A stretch of 64,000 bases of DNA from Octopus sinensis (GCF_006345805.1 NC_043011.1:2728001-2792000), one strand, 5' to 3'. Shown: positions 49,583 through 62,756, numbered from the stretch's first letter. A program made the numbers and translations. The notes: generated by a model from the letters alone, not told the origin.

Positions 49583-49878
49583 CTAGCAGTATCGCCCGGC
49601 GTTGCTCGGGTTTGTAAGGGAAATAACTATATAAGCATTTTTAGAGTTACTTCCCTTATATAATAGCAAAAAGATGCATTAAAAATGGGAAAAAATTATG
49701 GTAAATTTTTTTTAAATCGTAGACTCATCTTAGACGCGCGCTAATACCCAGAAGGGCTCGATATGAATCACGACTATAAGATACCCGCTTTTGGTTAAAC
49801 TGCACTGCAAAATGTGAGAGTAGTTAGGAATCTAAATCGTAGGAGACAGACACACAATTTCTCTTTTATATATAAAGA
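49583..49878 (-). mobile_element. Complete non-autonomous mini-Helitron (296 bp)
   Basis: Minus strand: 5' TCTTTATATATAAAAGAG, 3' hairpin CCCGAGCAACGCCGGG then CTAG. Inserted between A and T with no TSD. Confidence 0.85.
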
Positions 49879-50202
49879 TATGTAAGAGATGATAATGGAA
49901 GTTAAACATACAAAGCAACTACAAAAAAAAAAATTAATAAACATGGAACAGAGGTATGGCGTAAACAAACAATAGAAGTATCATGTTATTACAAAATGCA
50001 ATTCATATCTTAATTTTGTAATATAATATTACTAGGGTTGTTACTGTCTATATGGGGATTTATGCCATGATATCAGCGAAGTCTGTATCCATGATGATAT
50101 GGTTTGATTTATAACTAAATTCAGTTTAATACAGACCAGACATAAAATTACTCTACACCACTACTTTCATTATTATCTTTATTAATATTATTTATGTTTA
50201 TA

Positions 50203-50614
50203 GGCGCAGGAGTGGCTGTGTGGTAAGTAGCTTGTTTACCAACCACATGGTTCTGGGTTCAGTCCCACTGTGTGGCATCTTGGGCAAGTGTCTTCTACCA
50301 TAGCCTTGGCCGACCAAAGCCTTGTGAGTGGATTTGGTAGATGGAAACTGGAAAGAAGCCCGTCATATATATGTATATATATGTATATATGTGTGCATAT
50401 GTGTTTGTGTGTTTGTGTTTGTTCCCCTAGCATTGCTTGACAACCGATGCTGGTATGCTTATGTCCCCATCACGTAGCAGTTCGGCAAAAGAGACCGATA
50501 GAATAAGTACTGGGCTTACAAAAGAATAAGTCCCGGGGTCGAGTTGCTCGACTAAAGGCGGTGCTCCAGCATGGCCACAGTCAAATGACTGAAACAAGTA
50601 AAAGAGTAAAAGAG
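50203..50614 (+). mobile_element. SINE family B, full copy
   Basis: Family B head, core and tail. Confidence 0.9.
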
Positions 50615-50618
50615 TTAT

Positions 50619-50830
50619 AAGGCAGTGAGCTGGCAGAATTGTTAGTAAATGCTTAGCAGCATTTCATCAGTTTTTTTTTTACTCTGAGTTCAAATTCTGC
50701 TGAGGTCAGCTTTGCCATTCATTCTTTTGAAGTAGATAGAACCAGTTCCATTTGAGCACTGGGGTTGATGTAATTGACTTACCCCCTCCCCCAAACTTGC
50801 TGGCCTGGTGCCAAAATTTGAAACCAATAT
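50619..50830 (+). mobile_element. Family-A-head SINE with a third tail type
   Basis: AAGGCAGTGAGCTGGCAGAA head, core, then CCCTCCCCCAAACTTGCTGGCCTGGTGCCAAAATTTGAAACC. Confidence 0.7.
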
Positions 50831-51149
50831 CATCCATGTTCTTATTTTCAATACCCAACTGATGATTATTTCACATTATGTAATGGATAAATATCGAAGA
50901 GAATTTGTCTGTATTGAATCTCAAATTAATTCTTTTTCATAAATGATACGTCATGATGATATCTCAAGTAATTCTTGGTTTACATAGCACACATTTTTCC
51001 CAACATATTTGACACTTTGTAGCTGAAAATAACATAGAAATTTATTGGTAGTAATCTGTGTCTATCACACACACACATAAACACAATGTATGCCTATACA
51101 TAGTCATCAAAGACATTGCCTGGATAGGCGGTGTTTTAATGGTGAGCTA

Positions 51150-51510
51150 CTAACACACCTCTGATTTGCAAAGGATATCATACTCGTTGCCAAAGCCAAA
51201 GATCAACAGCAGCCCATGCTGACAGAGCTGAAAACCCAGAGCTTAGCAGCAGGCCTTAAAATGAAGTGCATGACAATAAAATACATATGACCCAAAAACG
51301 TAGTACAAGAGGAAACAGAGGTGGGGAGTGATGAAATCAAGGTGATAAAGCAGTATAAAGACATGGATGCTGAAATCTCAAAGAGAATAGAGGCAGGATG
51401 GAAAGCATTTACCTCAATAAAAAAGGATCTCAAAGCAAAGCTGGACAAGGCCATACATGTGAGACTCTTCAGCAGCACTGCCCTATCTGCACTCATATAT
51501 GCAGGTACTA
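51150..51510 (+). mobile_element. RTE-clade RT relic
   Basis: LTHL*FAKDIILVA...MLTEL...GLKM...EISKRIEAGWKAF...LIYAG matches the RTE RT domains from (Y/F)ADD onward. Confidence 0.7.
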
Positions 51511-51678
51511 GAAATTTTATATTGCTAGTACATTATTCAACAAAATTTTAATATATGTATATACATATGTATATACATATATATAAAGATATATGCATAA
51601 CATATATGTAGGGGTGTGTGTGAGAGAGAGAGAAATAAAGAGAAAAAGAGAGAGAAAGTGAGGGAATATGCATGCATA

Positions 51679-51902
51679 TACTCTTTACTCTATTTTATTT
51701 GTTTCAGTCATTTGACTGTGGCCATACTGGAGCACTGCCTTTAGTCGAACAAATTGACCCCGGGTCTTATTCTTTGTTAGCCCAGTACTTATTCTATCGG
51801 CCTCTTTGCCGAACTGCTAAGTGATGGGGACGTAAACACACCAGCATCGGTTGTGAAGTAATGCTAGGGGGACAAACACAGACACACAAACATATACACG
51901 CG

Positions 51903-51958
<56 letters not shown>

Positions 51959-52132
51959 ATACATATATATGACAGGCTTCTTTCAGTTTCTGTTTACCAA
52001 ATCCACTCACAAGGCATTGGTCGGCTCGAGGCTATAGTAGAAGACACTTGCCCAAGATGCCACGTAGTGGGACTGAACCCGGAACCATGTGGTTGGTAAG
52101 CAAGCTACTGACCACACAGCCACTCCTGCGCC
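51679..52132 (-). mobile_element. SINE family B, full copy
   Basis: Family B head, core and tail with an expanded internal (TA)n. Confidence 0.9.
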
Positions 52133-52897
52133 TATATATATGCATATATTTAATTTATCTTGAACAATGTGCTTACAATGTTAAATTTTAGTGTCAAGCT
52201 GTAACGTCAGCTGGAAATGCATTAATAAATTCTGCATGCATTGAGTACCCATTCACACACAAACACACACACATGTTTGTATACGTACCTACTTAGTTAC
52301 ATGAATAATATAATGTAAGTGCACACACACACACGCACACATGGAATGTTTTTTATAGAGCAGTATTTAGTAACACATAATTACACACACATACTTGCAT
52401 GTATAGCAAACTTACAAACTAAATTTGCCCTTAAGCCTGTCATTATGAATGTACGCAATATCTTTCTACAACTGAAAATATTTACTTAAGTTCCATTTGC
52501 AAGCAATGCTAGAGATAATAATGGAGCAGTCAATGATGGAGATTAATCTTAGAAACAACTACAATAACAACAATATGGAAAAACAGTAATACCAATGATA
52601 ATAGTAATAATAGTAAGAGCAACATAGTAGCAATATTGATTATACTATTAATAATATGGACGATATTAATATTAAAAGAAATATTAATAATAATATTTAT
52701 AAGAAAAAATAATGATAATAACAAAAATAACTATTATTATGCTTATGATTATTACTATTTTAATATGTCTTATATTTGCCACAAGGGCGATGGAAATGGG
52801 GACATTGCATGGAGAGGTTACAAAACATGTGCTGGTTTACAGTGATTTACTGAGTGTAAAAATGAAAGAAACAGTACATGCAGCATCCAGAATTTTA

Positions 52898-53315
52898 GGA
52901 TCTTTTCTGTTTGAACGGCAGTTTTTAACATAATTTCTAGGTAACTAAAAAATTTTAAACTTCGTATACTGGTAGAATGTGTTTATAAAACATCTTTTTC
53001 TCTTGGCTTTATTGAGAAAATTCTATAATTTGTAAGATATTTGTTGTTGTTTTTTTCTTCAATTTCTGCAATTTCAACCAATCGATGATGTCCATTGAGT
53101 TAAAAAACATTCTGTGCCATATGAATATGTCCCTCGTTTAAGAAACAAATTGGGTTTATTTACATTTGTGAAGAAAAAAATATACCCTTCCCCCACCCCT
53201 AACCCTAACCCTAAAAGAAATTGAAATGCAATAGATCGATTCTAGGGTCATAATTATGGGTGACAATTTCATATGGCACCACTAGAAAAAACTGCCGTTC
53301 AAACCGAAAAGATCC
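52898..53315. mobile_element. MITE with ~29-bp TIRs and an internal (CCCTAA)3
   Basis: GGATCTTTTCTGTTTGAACGGCAGTTTTT / AAAAACTGCCGTTCAAACCGAAAAGATCC. Flanks GAATTTTA / AAATTTTA are a possible 8-bp TSD. Confidence 0.8.
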
Positions 53316-54011
53316 AAATTTTATAATGCTTCCAGAATAGGGCTATCTTTCAGGGCTAGTTAAAGTACCTTACAAATCCAAGATTAACTTGCACTTACTA
53401 AGAAAAGCCCTGTTTACTCTTACAGTTTTCATCTCTTGTCATATTTTAAAACAAATTTATCAGAGAAAAATACTCTCATCTCTTCCATCATATTTCTCTC
53501 CAAGTTTAACCAAAAATAATCGATGAAGGCTTTGCTGAAAAGAAAACTCCCAGTGTTCAGTCCTTTCAATTCCATCTACTACACATCCTTATTTTCCATT
53601 ACCCTTTTTCCATACTCATCAAACAGAGAAAACCAGCCTACGCTTCTCAACCAATTTCCAAGGTGGATTTAGCCAATAACTAAGCTCATGCACAAGTCAT
53701 GTACATACAGAATAGTTTGATTGCTCTATTCCCATTTCTGACACAACCAGATCATAGCACTTCCATTATATTATTTACTTCTAAAAGCTGCAACATACCA
53801 GCCAGCTGATTCTCATCAAAAGTCAGAGATTCACTTATCTATGGTCCTCTCTGTAATGCTAAAATGGAATTACAAACAGCACCATTACTCAGATAATAGA
53901 GGGTTGTTGTCATCTGACAACACTACAGTTAGTAAATACAGTCTTCATATCTTGATTTGCATTTGATCCAAGACTGCTCCTCTGTCAAAGAAACAAGTTT
54001 TGAGAACATAT

Positions 54012-54249
54012 GGGTGCAGGAGTGGCTGTGTGGTAAGAAGCTTGCTTCCCAACAACATTGTTACAGGTTTAGTCCCACTGTGTGGCACCTTGGGCAAGTG
54101 TCTTCTGCTATAGCCCCGGTTCAGCCCCACTGTGTGGCACCTTGGGCAAGTGTCTTCTATTATAGCCTCAGGCCAGTCAAAAGCCTTGTGAGTGGATTTG
54201 GTAGACGGAAACTAAAAGAAGCCTGTCGTATACACACAGACACACACAT

Positions 54250-54281
<32 letters not shown>

Positions 54282-54481
54282 TTGTGTGTCAGTGTTTGTC
54301 TCCACCATCGCTTGACAACCAATGTTGGTGTGTCTACATCCCCATAACTTAGTGGCTTAGCAAAAAGAGAGTGAAAAAGTACTAGGCTGACAAAGAATAA
54401 GTCCTGGGGTTGATTTGTTTGACTAAAAGGTGGTGCTCCAGCATGGCTGCAGTCAAATGACTGAAACAAATAAAAGAATAA
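54012..54481 (+). mobile_element. SINE family B with internal 52-bp tandem duplication
   Basis: CCCACTGTGTGGCACCTTGGGCAAGTGTCTTCT repeated at 54074 and 54126. Confidence 0.85.
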
Positions 54482-55213
54482 AGGAATGTCTCACAGGTGG
54501 TGACCACACCCACTCAGCATCTTGGAATTTCTTGCAGCATCAGTGTGTGCAATTTTATGTATCACCAGCTTTGTCATTTTGAGTTTGTTGTGCATCAGGT
54601 TTTGGCAGCAGATAGCATTTTGGCCAGTGGAATGTATCCCTTCAATAAAAAGGGTGATGAAAGGTGTAGAGATTATAACAAGCTGCACAAACTAGGAATC
54701 CTGATGGACTTATATTACTGAGGATAAATTCCCAAGATTTTATCTTACACAAATGTAAGATAAATATATTTCATATCTATACAAGTCAGAGCCCTATGAG
54801 CACTAAGGATTCATTGGCCAAGTAGATCTTCTCCTTATTCTGTCATCTTTGGAGTCTCTGAGTTCAGTTTTATCTCACATTCTCCTCCTCCTATATACAT
54901 CAACGAGTTACTTCCACCACATATATCAACTCCCACTTTTGCATATGATACTACTCTTTAAATTATAATGATGCAGATTATAAAATAATTGTTCAAAATA
55001 CCAGGGAGACTTTTGTAAGACCTAATTTAGTACAGGGAAGAATATTTGGCTAAAATCAGACCACAATTATTTAGTAAGCATGAGATTCATGTTTCAATCC
55101 TTGTTGATTAAAAATTATAAATATATTGTAGGCACTGCAAAGCCCTGTGGTTAAAAAGTTTGCTCCAAAACCTTAAAGTCACAGTTTTCCTTTCACTGCA
55201 TGGTATCTTGGAT

Positions 55214-55630
55214 TACTCTCTCTTTTCTCTCTTTTACTTGTTTCAGTCATTTGACTGCGGCCATGCTGGAGCACCGCCTTTAGTCGAGCAAATCGACCCC
55301 GGGTCTTATTCTTTGTAAGCTCAGTACTTATTCTATTGGCCTCTTTTGCCGAACCGCTAAGTGACGGGGACGTAAACACACCAGCATCGGTTGTCAAGCA
55401 ATGGTGGGGGGGACAAACACAGACACACAAACACACACACATGCATATATATATATATACATATATAAGACAGGCTTCTTTCAGTTTCCGTCTACCAAAT
55501 CCACTCACAAGGCATTGGTCGGCCCGGGGCTATAGCAGAAGACACTTGCCCAAGATGCCACGCAGTGGGACTGAACCCGGAACCATGTGGTTGGTAAGCA
55601 AGCTACTTACCACACAGCCACTCCTGCGCC
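55214..55630 (-). mobile_element. SINE family B, full copy
   Basis: Family B head, core and tail. Confidence 0.9.
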
Positions 55631-55967
55631 TATAAGTAGGTTTTTTTTTTAAATCTTGGATAAGTATTCTTTTTTTATTGATTTATACCTAAGACTGTAT
55701 TGTGAAATTGGATTGATAGAAACTATGCAAATCCAATTTCACTGAATTATAGATACAATCCACTAATCAGGTGGATTGGATTGTATCTGTAGGTCAAAGG
55801 TCTGACCTTGCTACACTGTCATGTTGATTATACCTGAGAATTACATAAAGAATACATCTGCTTATGGAATACTCGGCCACTTACATGTTAATTCATTTAT
55901 GGCTGGAAATTCAGATGGATAACCATTTTATTATTTATATTGACCTCATTATTTATATTGACCTTAG

Positions 55968-56200
55968 AAGGTGGCGAGCTGGCAGAAACGTTAGCACGCC
56001 GGGCGAAATGCGTTGCCGTATTTCGTCTGCCGTTACGTTCCGAGTTCAAATTCCACCGAGGTTGAGTTTGCCTTTCATCCTTCTGGGGTCGATAAATTAA
56101 GTACCAGTTACGCACTGGGGTCGATGTAATCGACTTAATCCGTTTGTCTGTCCTTGTTTGTCTCCTCTGTGTTTAGCCCCTTGTGGGTAGTAAAGAAATA
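55968..56200 (+). mobile_element. SINE family A with Tx1-like tail
   Basis: Near-identical to 12404-12641. Approximate TSD TATATTGACCT / TATATTAACCT. Confidence 0.9.
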
Positions 56201-58859
56201 TATATTAACCTCATATTAAACTATTAGCCATTAAGCTGTACATACACACTCAGAACGGTTTCTCCTTTTTTCTTTGCCTTTTTTTGAAAGTTGTAATTAC
56301 CATCTGCTTCATAACAATAAAAATATCCCCATTAACTGCTACTGCTATCCTCCAAACTGTTCTGTCTTTAACATTACTTCTCTGGGTTTGTGATCAATAT
56401 GGTACTTTTGCAAGTTGCTTTCATTGTCGCCTTTGAAATGCAGCTTGGTTCTTCATCTTTGTACTTCCTTTAAAAAAAAAAGTCGCACTGAAAGCAATCG
56501 TTTTGGAATTCCTTTTGTGTGCCAGAAATTTTAACATTCTGGTCATCATTATTGATACTGGCACAGGATAGACATTAATTTTGGAAGTTTAGCTTGCTGC
56601 AACACTTTGATGCTGGTGATTTTTATCATGACATCAAGTGTTTAGGAACTTTACAAAGGCACTGAAAATGGATTGAATTCAGCCTTTTCAGTTTCACGAT
56701 TCTTGAGCAAATAATCCAAGACTCGGATTCATAAAACTGAGGATAAACACCTCCTCAGAGATTTCTATCTTAGTTCTTCCATGCTATGTATTTGCGTGCA
56801 TGTATGTGTGTGTGTGTTTGTGTATGTTGCATGTGAGTGTATATGCACGTGTTGTGTGAGTGTGGTTGTGTGTTTGCGTAAACATTTGTTTTAATTTGAT
56901 TTTATCAACACAAAATTCATTTCTTTGATACCCTTGGAATTAATTGCCCGTTCTGAGGTGTCATAAAATTCCAATGAAACTCTTTCTCTCTCTCTCTCTC
57001 TCCTTCCGTTTCTCTCTCTTTTTCTTGCTGGCACTCTCTCTTTGTCTTTTTCCCAGCTCTAAAAGCTAAAAGATATCATCTCAATAAAGTTAATGCTCTA
57101 TAAATATAATGTTTCACCCCCATGTAGAAAATGGCTTTTAAATCCTATCTAATAACAGTATGTGCTCATTATTTGAGTTGATTTTCTCTTTCATTCACAA
57201 TTACCTGCTAATCCTCAAATGCCACTTAATACCTCATTTGCTGCTTTAAATATTCCCACTCAAAGAATCACAAAACACTATTATCTCTTAAAATACTGTT
57301 TCCAAAGGACTTTTCATGGTTTCCCTTCAATTAATATTAGCAGTATCAGCATTCAAGTTCAGATAATTTTTTGATTAAAGTTCTAATTGGATATCAACTG
57401 ATTAAATTATATTTAGTAAATCATTATCAAAACTATACAGCAATCAGACAAATGATATTTCATAGTGAAGATTTTAATGAATCACATTTATTTATTCCAA
57501 CCAGCAATTGTAAATTATATAAATCATAAATGTAGTTATCATAGATGAAGCAAAAGTGACAAATAGTGGAGACAAATGACATGTTGCACATTATTTATTA
57601 ACCAACTCTGTATGTTGTGGGCATTAATTATTCTTTTACTGGTTTCAGCCACTAACCAGAGCACACTGTGGGGAACTTGAAGTTGTTTTAGTAATTTTTA
57701 TAGTTGATTATATCAACATCAATACTTTTACATCTGTTTCTTTAGTGGCAAAGTTTACCTCTTGGTGCGAAGAGACGTAATTCAGACATAGCCTAATGTC
57801 TCTACAGTATTTTTCTTCATCGTACTAAATTTTTGCAAATATATTCACCCGCACAGACACATATCCGCACACAACATACACTTACACAAACATACATATG
57901 CATGTGTATGTAGGTGTGTGCGTGTGTGTGTGTGTGTTTGTGAGTGTGTGTGTGTTTATATAATCTAATAAATAATATAATATAATAATATTATAAATGC
58001 GAAAACTAATTTCTGTGTGTCAGTGTGTCACACTTTGACCCTCTCTCTCACTAATCACTGACACTCCTACTATTGCTCATGTTGGGATGAGAGTAATAGT
58101 AGACATAGAAATCGTGAGGGTGGTGGTGAAGACAACAGACAAAGAGAGAGGGAAAGAAAAAGAGGGAGAGAAATTTAGTAGTGTTTATGATGGCATTGGG
58201 AGTAATTATAAGAGAGAAAAAGGGACTGACCCCTGAACTAACATGCTGAAGTAACATACTGAACGAACACACACATATTTAGCTTTTTTGTGCTGGTAAT
58301 GGGGTGATAGTAACAGTATGAGCTGTAATTGTGATAGAGGTGGAGGTGGCTGTGATGATGGTGGTGGTGGTGGTAGCCAAGGTGGTGAGGGATGAAGTGA
58401 GAATAAGCGATGTGAAAAACAGCGGTGATGATGATGGAGGGGAAGGCGGTGAAGTCAAAGGTTTTGATGGTGGTGGCATCAGAAGTCTGAATGGTGTGTG
58501 TATGGCAGATGAGGTGGTGATGGCAGTGGTTCTGTTATTTATCATGCAGCTTTGCGATAAGATCCAAGTTGACAAATTATATCATTGTTTTGATGAAAAC
58601 TGTTCATTGCTTGAAAAATATTGTTGAAGTTAATAAAGTTTAACATGTACATAATGCATAAAGTGTCATTGTTGGGCCCAAGGTCTAACGAAGAGCCCTT
58701 CACAGGAGCTAGGTTAAAAGCTGCCCGTTAGGATGGCTTTTAAGCTAGTATATGTATATGTCACAAATCCAGCAAAAGGTGATGATTTTAATACAAGATA
58801 TCCTGATGTATTGTGAATCAACTAATAAAACCTTACATCTAGATCCAGTAATATGTATA

Positions 58860-59025
58860 TATATATATATATATACAGGGAAAGTTTACGAAAAAAACAA
58901 AAGACAAAGACAGGTGGTGTACAAAACAAACAGATGTATTAGTATAACGCTCAGGAATAGAAAATGTCTTTTACGTTTCGAGCCTACACTCTTCTACAGA
59001 AAGGTACACAGAAAAAACAAGGAGG
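58860..59025 (-). mobile_element. Penelope-derived short element with variant hammerhead-like motif
   Basis: Minus strand TTT-CTGTAGA-A-GAG-TGTAGG-CTC-GAAAC-GTA-AAA (58970-59002); related to 44979-45011. Confidence 0.5.
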
Positions 59026-59749
59026 TACACACATGTGTATATATTACACACACACACACACATAAAAAACTCCTCTCACATTGTATTCAACACAACAAAC
59101 TGTAAGAAAGAATCATGCATATAAACACAACCTCAACTGGACAATTAATTTGATGACTGTAGAAACTTTTGAAGTCACTGACTACAAATTATTAAATGTG
59201 TGTGTGCGTGTGTGTGTGCGTGTGTGTGTGTGTGTTGTGTGTGACTGGTTCTCACATAGTTTCTATTTAAAAGGGATTTCACTCTCAAGGCATTGGGTAA
59301 TGCAAGATTATGATATGGAACACACCTGTACAGGGGTGTCGTGCAATGTGATTGAATCTTGAACTTTGCGGTTGTATCTGCTCACCATTTCTGAATTTCA
59401 CTTCAGAATATCTTTATCTAATGTATTGGTATAGAATAAAACAGAAACACACTACTGTCCCTGTTAGCAGAAGAAGTGTTATCCTAGTCCTCTATACTTC
59501 CACTTTGCTCTTCTCTTGTCAGTCACTGATTATATACATTTACCCTCACTACACTTGCACTGCTACCTCCACAAATACTTTTTACCCAAATGATTTTCTG
59601 TGGATAACAATTTGTGGTGATCTAACAGTTTTTCCTGTAGATGTTGCTTTATATGTTATCTCTTCCATGTTCAAATTTATATTCAAAATCCAATTGGTTT
59701 GAGGCAAGTGAAAATCGAATCGATCAACATCAATGGAAATTGCAGCTGT

Positions 59750-60060
59750 GATACCAGTGCCGGTAGTACAAAAGAGAACCATCCGAACATGGCCGTTGCC
59801 AGTGCCACCCCGACTGGCCTTGTGCCGGTGGCACGTAAAAAACACCATCTGATCTTGGCCATTTGCCAGCCTTGTCTGGCATGTAAAAAGCACCCACTAC
59901 ACTCACGGAGTGGTTGGCGTTAGAAGGGCATCCAGCTGTAGAAACATTGCCAGATCAGACTGGGCCTGGTGCAGCCTTCTGGCTTCCCAGACCTCAGTTG
60001 AACCGTCCAACCCATGCTAGCATGGAAAGCAGATGCTAAACGATGATGATGATGATGATT
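59750..60060 (+). mobile_element. RTE-tailed SINE with internal repeats and (GAT)n tail
   Basis: Repeated GCCGGTGGCACGTAAAAA units, GGGCATCCAGCTGTAGAAAC...CCAACCCATGCTAGCATGGAAAG and (GAT)n. Confidence 0.75.
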
Positions 60061-60299
60061 ACCACCTTCATGGATTGATTCATATTCTCTCAAGATCAAA
60101 TCGCAAAATACAACACAAGAAGGTCTGAATCTTCTCCTTATACCTGACATGATACGCAGTGGTTGGATTCTCAATATCCCCATCATATGCAGCTTAGGTA
60201 CTCTTGTTCCATGGTCCGATCTTTGTCTGCTTGCATATGTCCACCACTTAGTTAATAGAAGCCAGGCAGTGGTTCAACAGTATCTATAACCAGGTCCCC

Positions 60300-60820
60300 A
60301 CTACTGAGAGGATAGTTCCTCCATTTATTCCTTCAGGTTTCCTCAATATTGAAGCTATCCTTTACAAATTTATAAAAAGGCTTTAATTAATTAATTTTTC
60401 AGGTAGTAGGTGTTGTGACAGTTATTTGTTTCTGGAACTGTATTTCTGCTTCCATACCACAATACTGCAGTTGAATGGTCTCCTTTCTGTAAAGCACTTA
60501 TTATTGGCAGACAGATCAAAGTTGTAGATTTAATGACATTAGATAACATTTGCCTCGTTTCATTTAGCCGGATGTTTATTTTATTTGTATAGACATTTTG
60601 TGTTCGTAATCAGGAAACAATATTTAGCTGAGGCCAGTGCAGACGTTCTTAGTACGTTTTGAAGTACTCTGCAGGGTTAACCTTCTGATCAGCATGTTTC
60701 TCCTTTTTACTTTTTGAGCAGTGCTTTCTAGAAGTTGTCTGAATGTTGGGGGTCCTGATGAATATTACTGCAAGGTATTTAGAGTGTTTTAGTAGATGGA
60801 GTCATTTGTTATTGAGCAGT
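60300..60820 (-). mobile_element. Ingi/Vingi-like RT thumb relic
   Basis: TAQKVK..NMLIRRLT...LRTSALA...IKSTTL.CLPII, across frameshifts. Confidence 0.4.
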
Positions 60821-61254
60821 ATTTGGAGTGCTTGGTTTTCTTAATGTTTACTGGGATGGAAAAGAGTCATCACACTTTTGGAGGAAAGGGTTGTTTATAG
60901 GCATCATTTGTTAAGCAATTCCATCATGTTGTTGAATTAGTAGGCTGTGGCCATGTAATGTAATCAGCATGTTCTAACATCTTGGGATGCTTTATATATG
61001 ACTTTCCCACTATAGCTGGAATTCTTAGGAGCAGGTGTGAAAGAGCAGAATGGAATAAAGAATAGGGAAAGATTCATCAAAAAATTAGCCTCATTTTTCA
61101 TTTTGTTAATTTTGTTAATAATATCTCCTAGCTTATATAATTAGAGGTGCCATCTTTAAATTCACTCCAAGAAGACAACCTCTTTTATGGTTGTTTGACA
61201 TTGCTAAATGGCAACTGAATCTTTCTCAAAACTTGCCTAGCAGATCACAGGTGT

Positions 61255-62030
61255 GCTCAATCAGAGTAATAAATTCCATCTTCTTTTCATTCACATTTAG
61301 TCCTATGTTAGCAGCAGCATTTTCCAGGAGATGGACTAAATGTTCAGCATCTTTTGTGTTGTCTGCAAAGAGCGCTAAGCCATCAGCATAATCGGCGTCA
61401 GTCTAGGTGACCAGATATCTTCTGCTTCTAGACTTCTGTAAAGTGAAATCCAGATCATTGTGTTGAACTACTGAGGTATGCAATACATAATCGAGACATA
61501 GGATGAACAAGTAAGGAGCTAGTGTGTCACCATGCAGTACTCCTGCACAAACGTCAAGGAGATCAGTATCTCCATCTGGTGGCTGCACTTTCACTTGGGT
61601 GTCTTTATACAGCATCATTACTGACTTTATTGTTTCATCAGGGACGACATTCTTCATAAATCGTGCAACTCAGTATATCATCAAACCGAGATAAAAGTCC
61701 GGACAGAAGGACATATTCTACTTTTCCCCTCAAAAGGGGATCTGGACCTTGCAATAAACTACAGAGAAATTACATTAACACCAATTGCAGTGAAGATTCA
61801 CAATGCATTGCTACTCAATCGAATCCAACCTCAAATTGAAAGAGTTCTTAGGAAAAATTAAAATGGATTCATGGGGAGCCACTCTACATCTGGTCAAATT
61901 CTCACAGTTAGGAAGACATTAGGAGTAGAAGCCAAAAACCTTAATACAGCTCTATTCTTTGTTGATTTCTCCAAGGCCTTTGACTCTGTATACAGGGATA
62001 AGATGGCAGAAATCCTTTGGGCATATGGAA
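61255..62030. mobile_element. RTEX-like RT fragment with internal inversion
   Basis: Plus 61643-62030: DDILHKSCN...KGDL..AINYREITL...NGF...VDFSKAFDSV...WAYG. Minus 61645-61255: VPDETI...AGVLHGDTLAPYLF...DYADG...IGLNVNEKK. Confidence 0.85.
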
Positions 62031-62756
62031 ACATAAACAAGGTTTGCACAAAAAGAAACAAAACTTTTTAAATAACCCAGCAACCATCTGGTACAGTGTG
62101 TTCATGATTGCCATGTTACATATGTGTGACCTTGATCTTTTAGTTAAATAATAACCACATCAGACAGTTATCACTTTATATCTGTCAGATTAAGTACTTA
62201 TCTAGTGCTCTTGACAGATTTTCACAAATTGAACTACGAAGAATTTGGATGTGTAATGTATGGGTATGAAGATTTTTTTCAAATTGAGTAACACGTTTAC
62301 AGAAATTTTTATTTATATAGCAACAAGCCTATGGGAAGATTCTTTGAACTGTAAACAGATGTCATGAGAGCAATCCCACCATTTCAAATTAGGAAGAATA
62401 TCCACTGACTACAATTCCATATCTTTAAAAAACCACCCCAAGTAACTAGAAACATTTTCAATTTTTCTTTCAAAAGTTTAGCACAAACTTTTTTCTAATC
62501 TGACTGTTTCTAAAATTCTCCCAAAATACTTCGTTGAAAACTTCAAAAACAGTCAGAGAAAGTATATACTATGATCTATAAAATAGAAAGAGTTTATAGA
62601 TCACAGTATATACTTTTGCTGATTGTTTCTAAAGTCTCCAAAGAATACTTCTTTGGAAATTTTCGAAACATTCAGAAGGAAAAAGTTGGTTCTAAAATTT
62701 TGAAAGGAAAATTGAGGCTGTTTCTAGATACTAGAATAATTTTATGCTACATATTC

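Noticed and set aside
53197-53214. Telomere or chromosome-fusion site
   Set aside because: Only three units, located inside a TIR element.
58709-58748. CTAG-flanked TTAAAAGC/GCTTTTAA palindrome as a terminator or Helitron end
   Set aside because: Bacterial-type terminators are not relevant here, and there is no matching Helitron 5' end.
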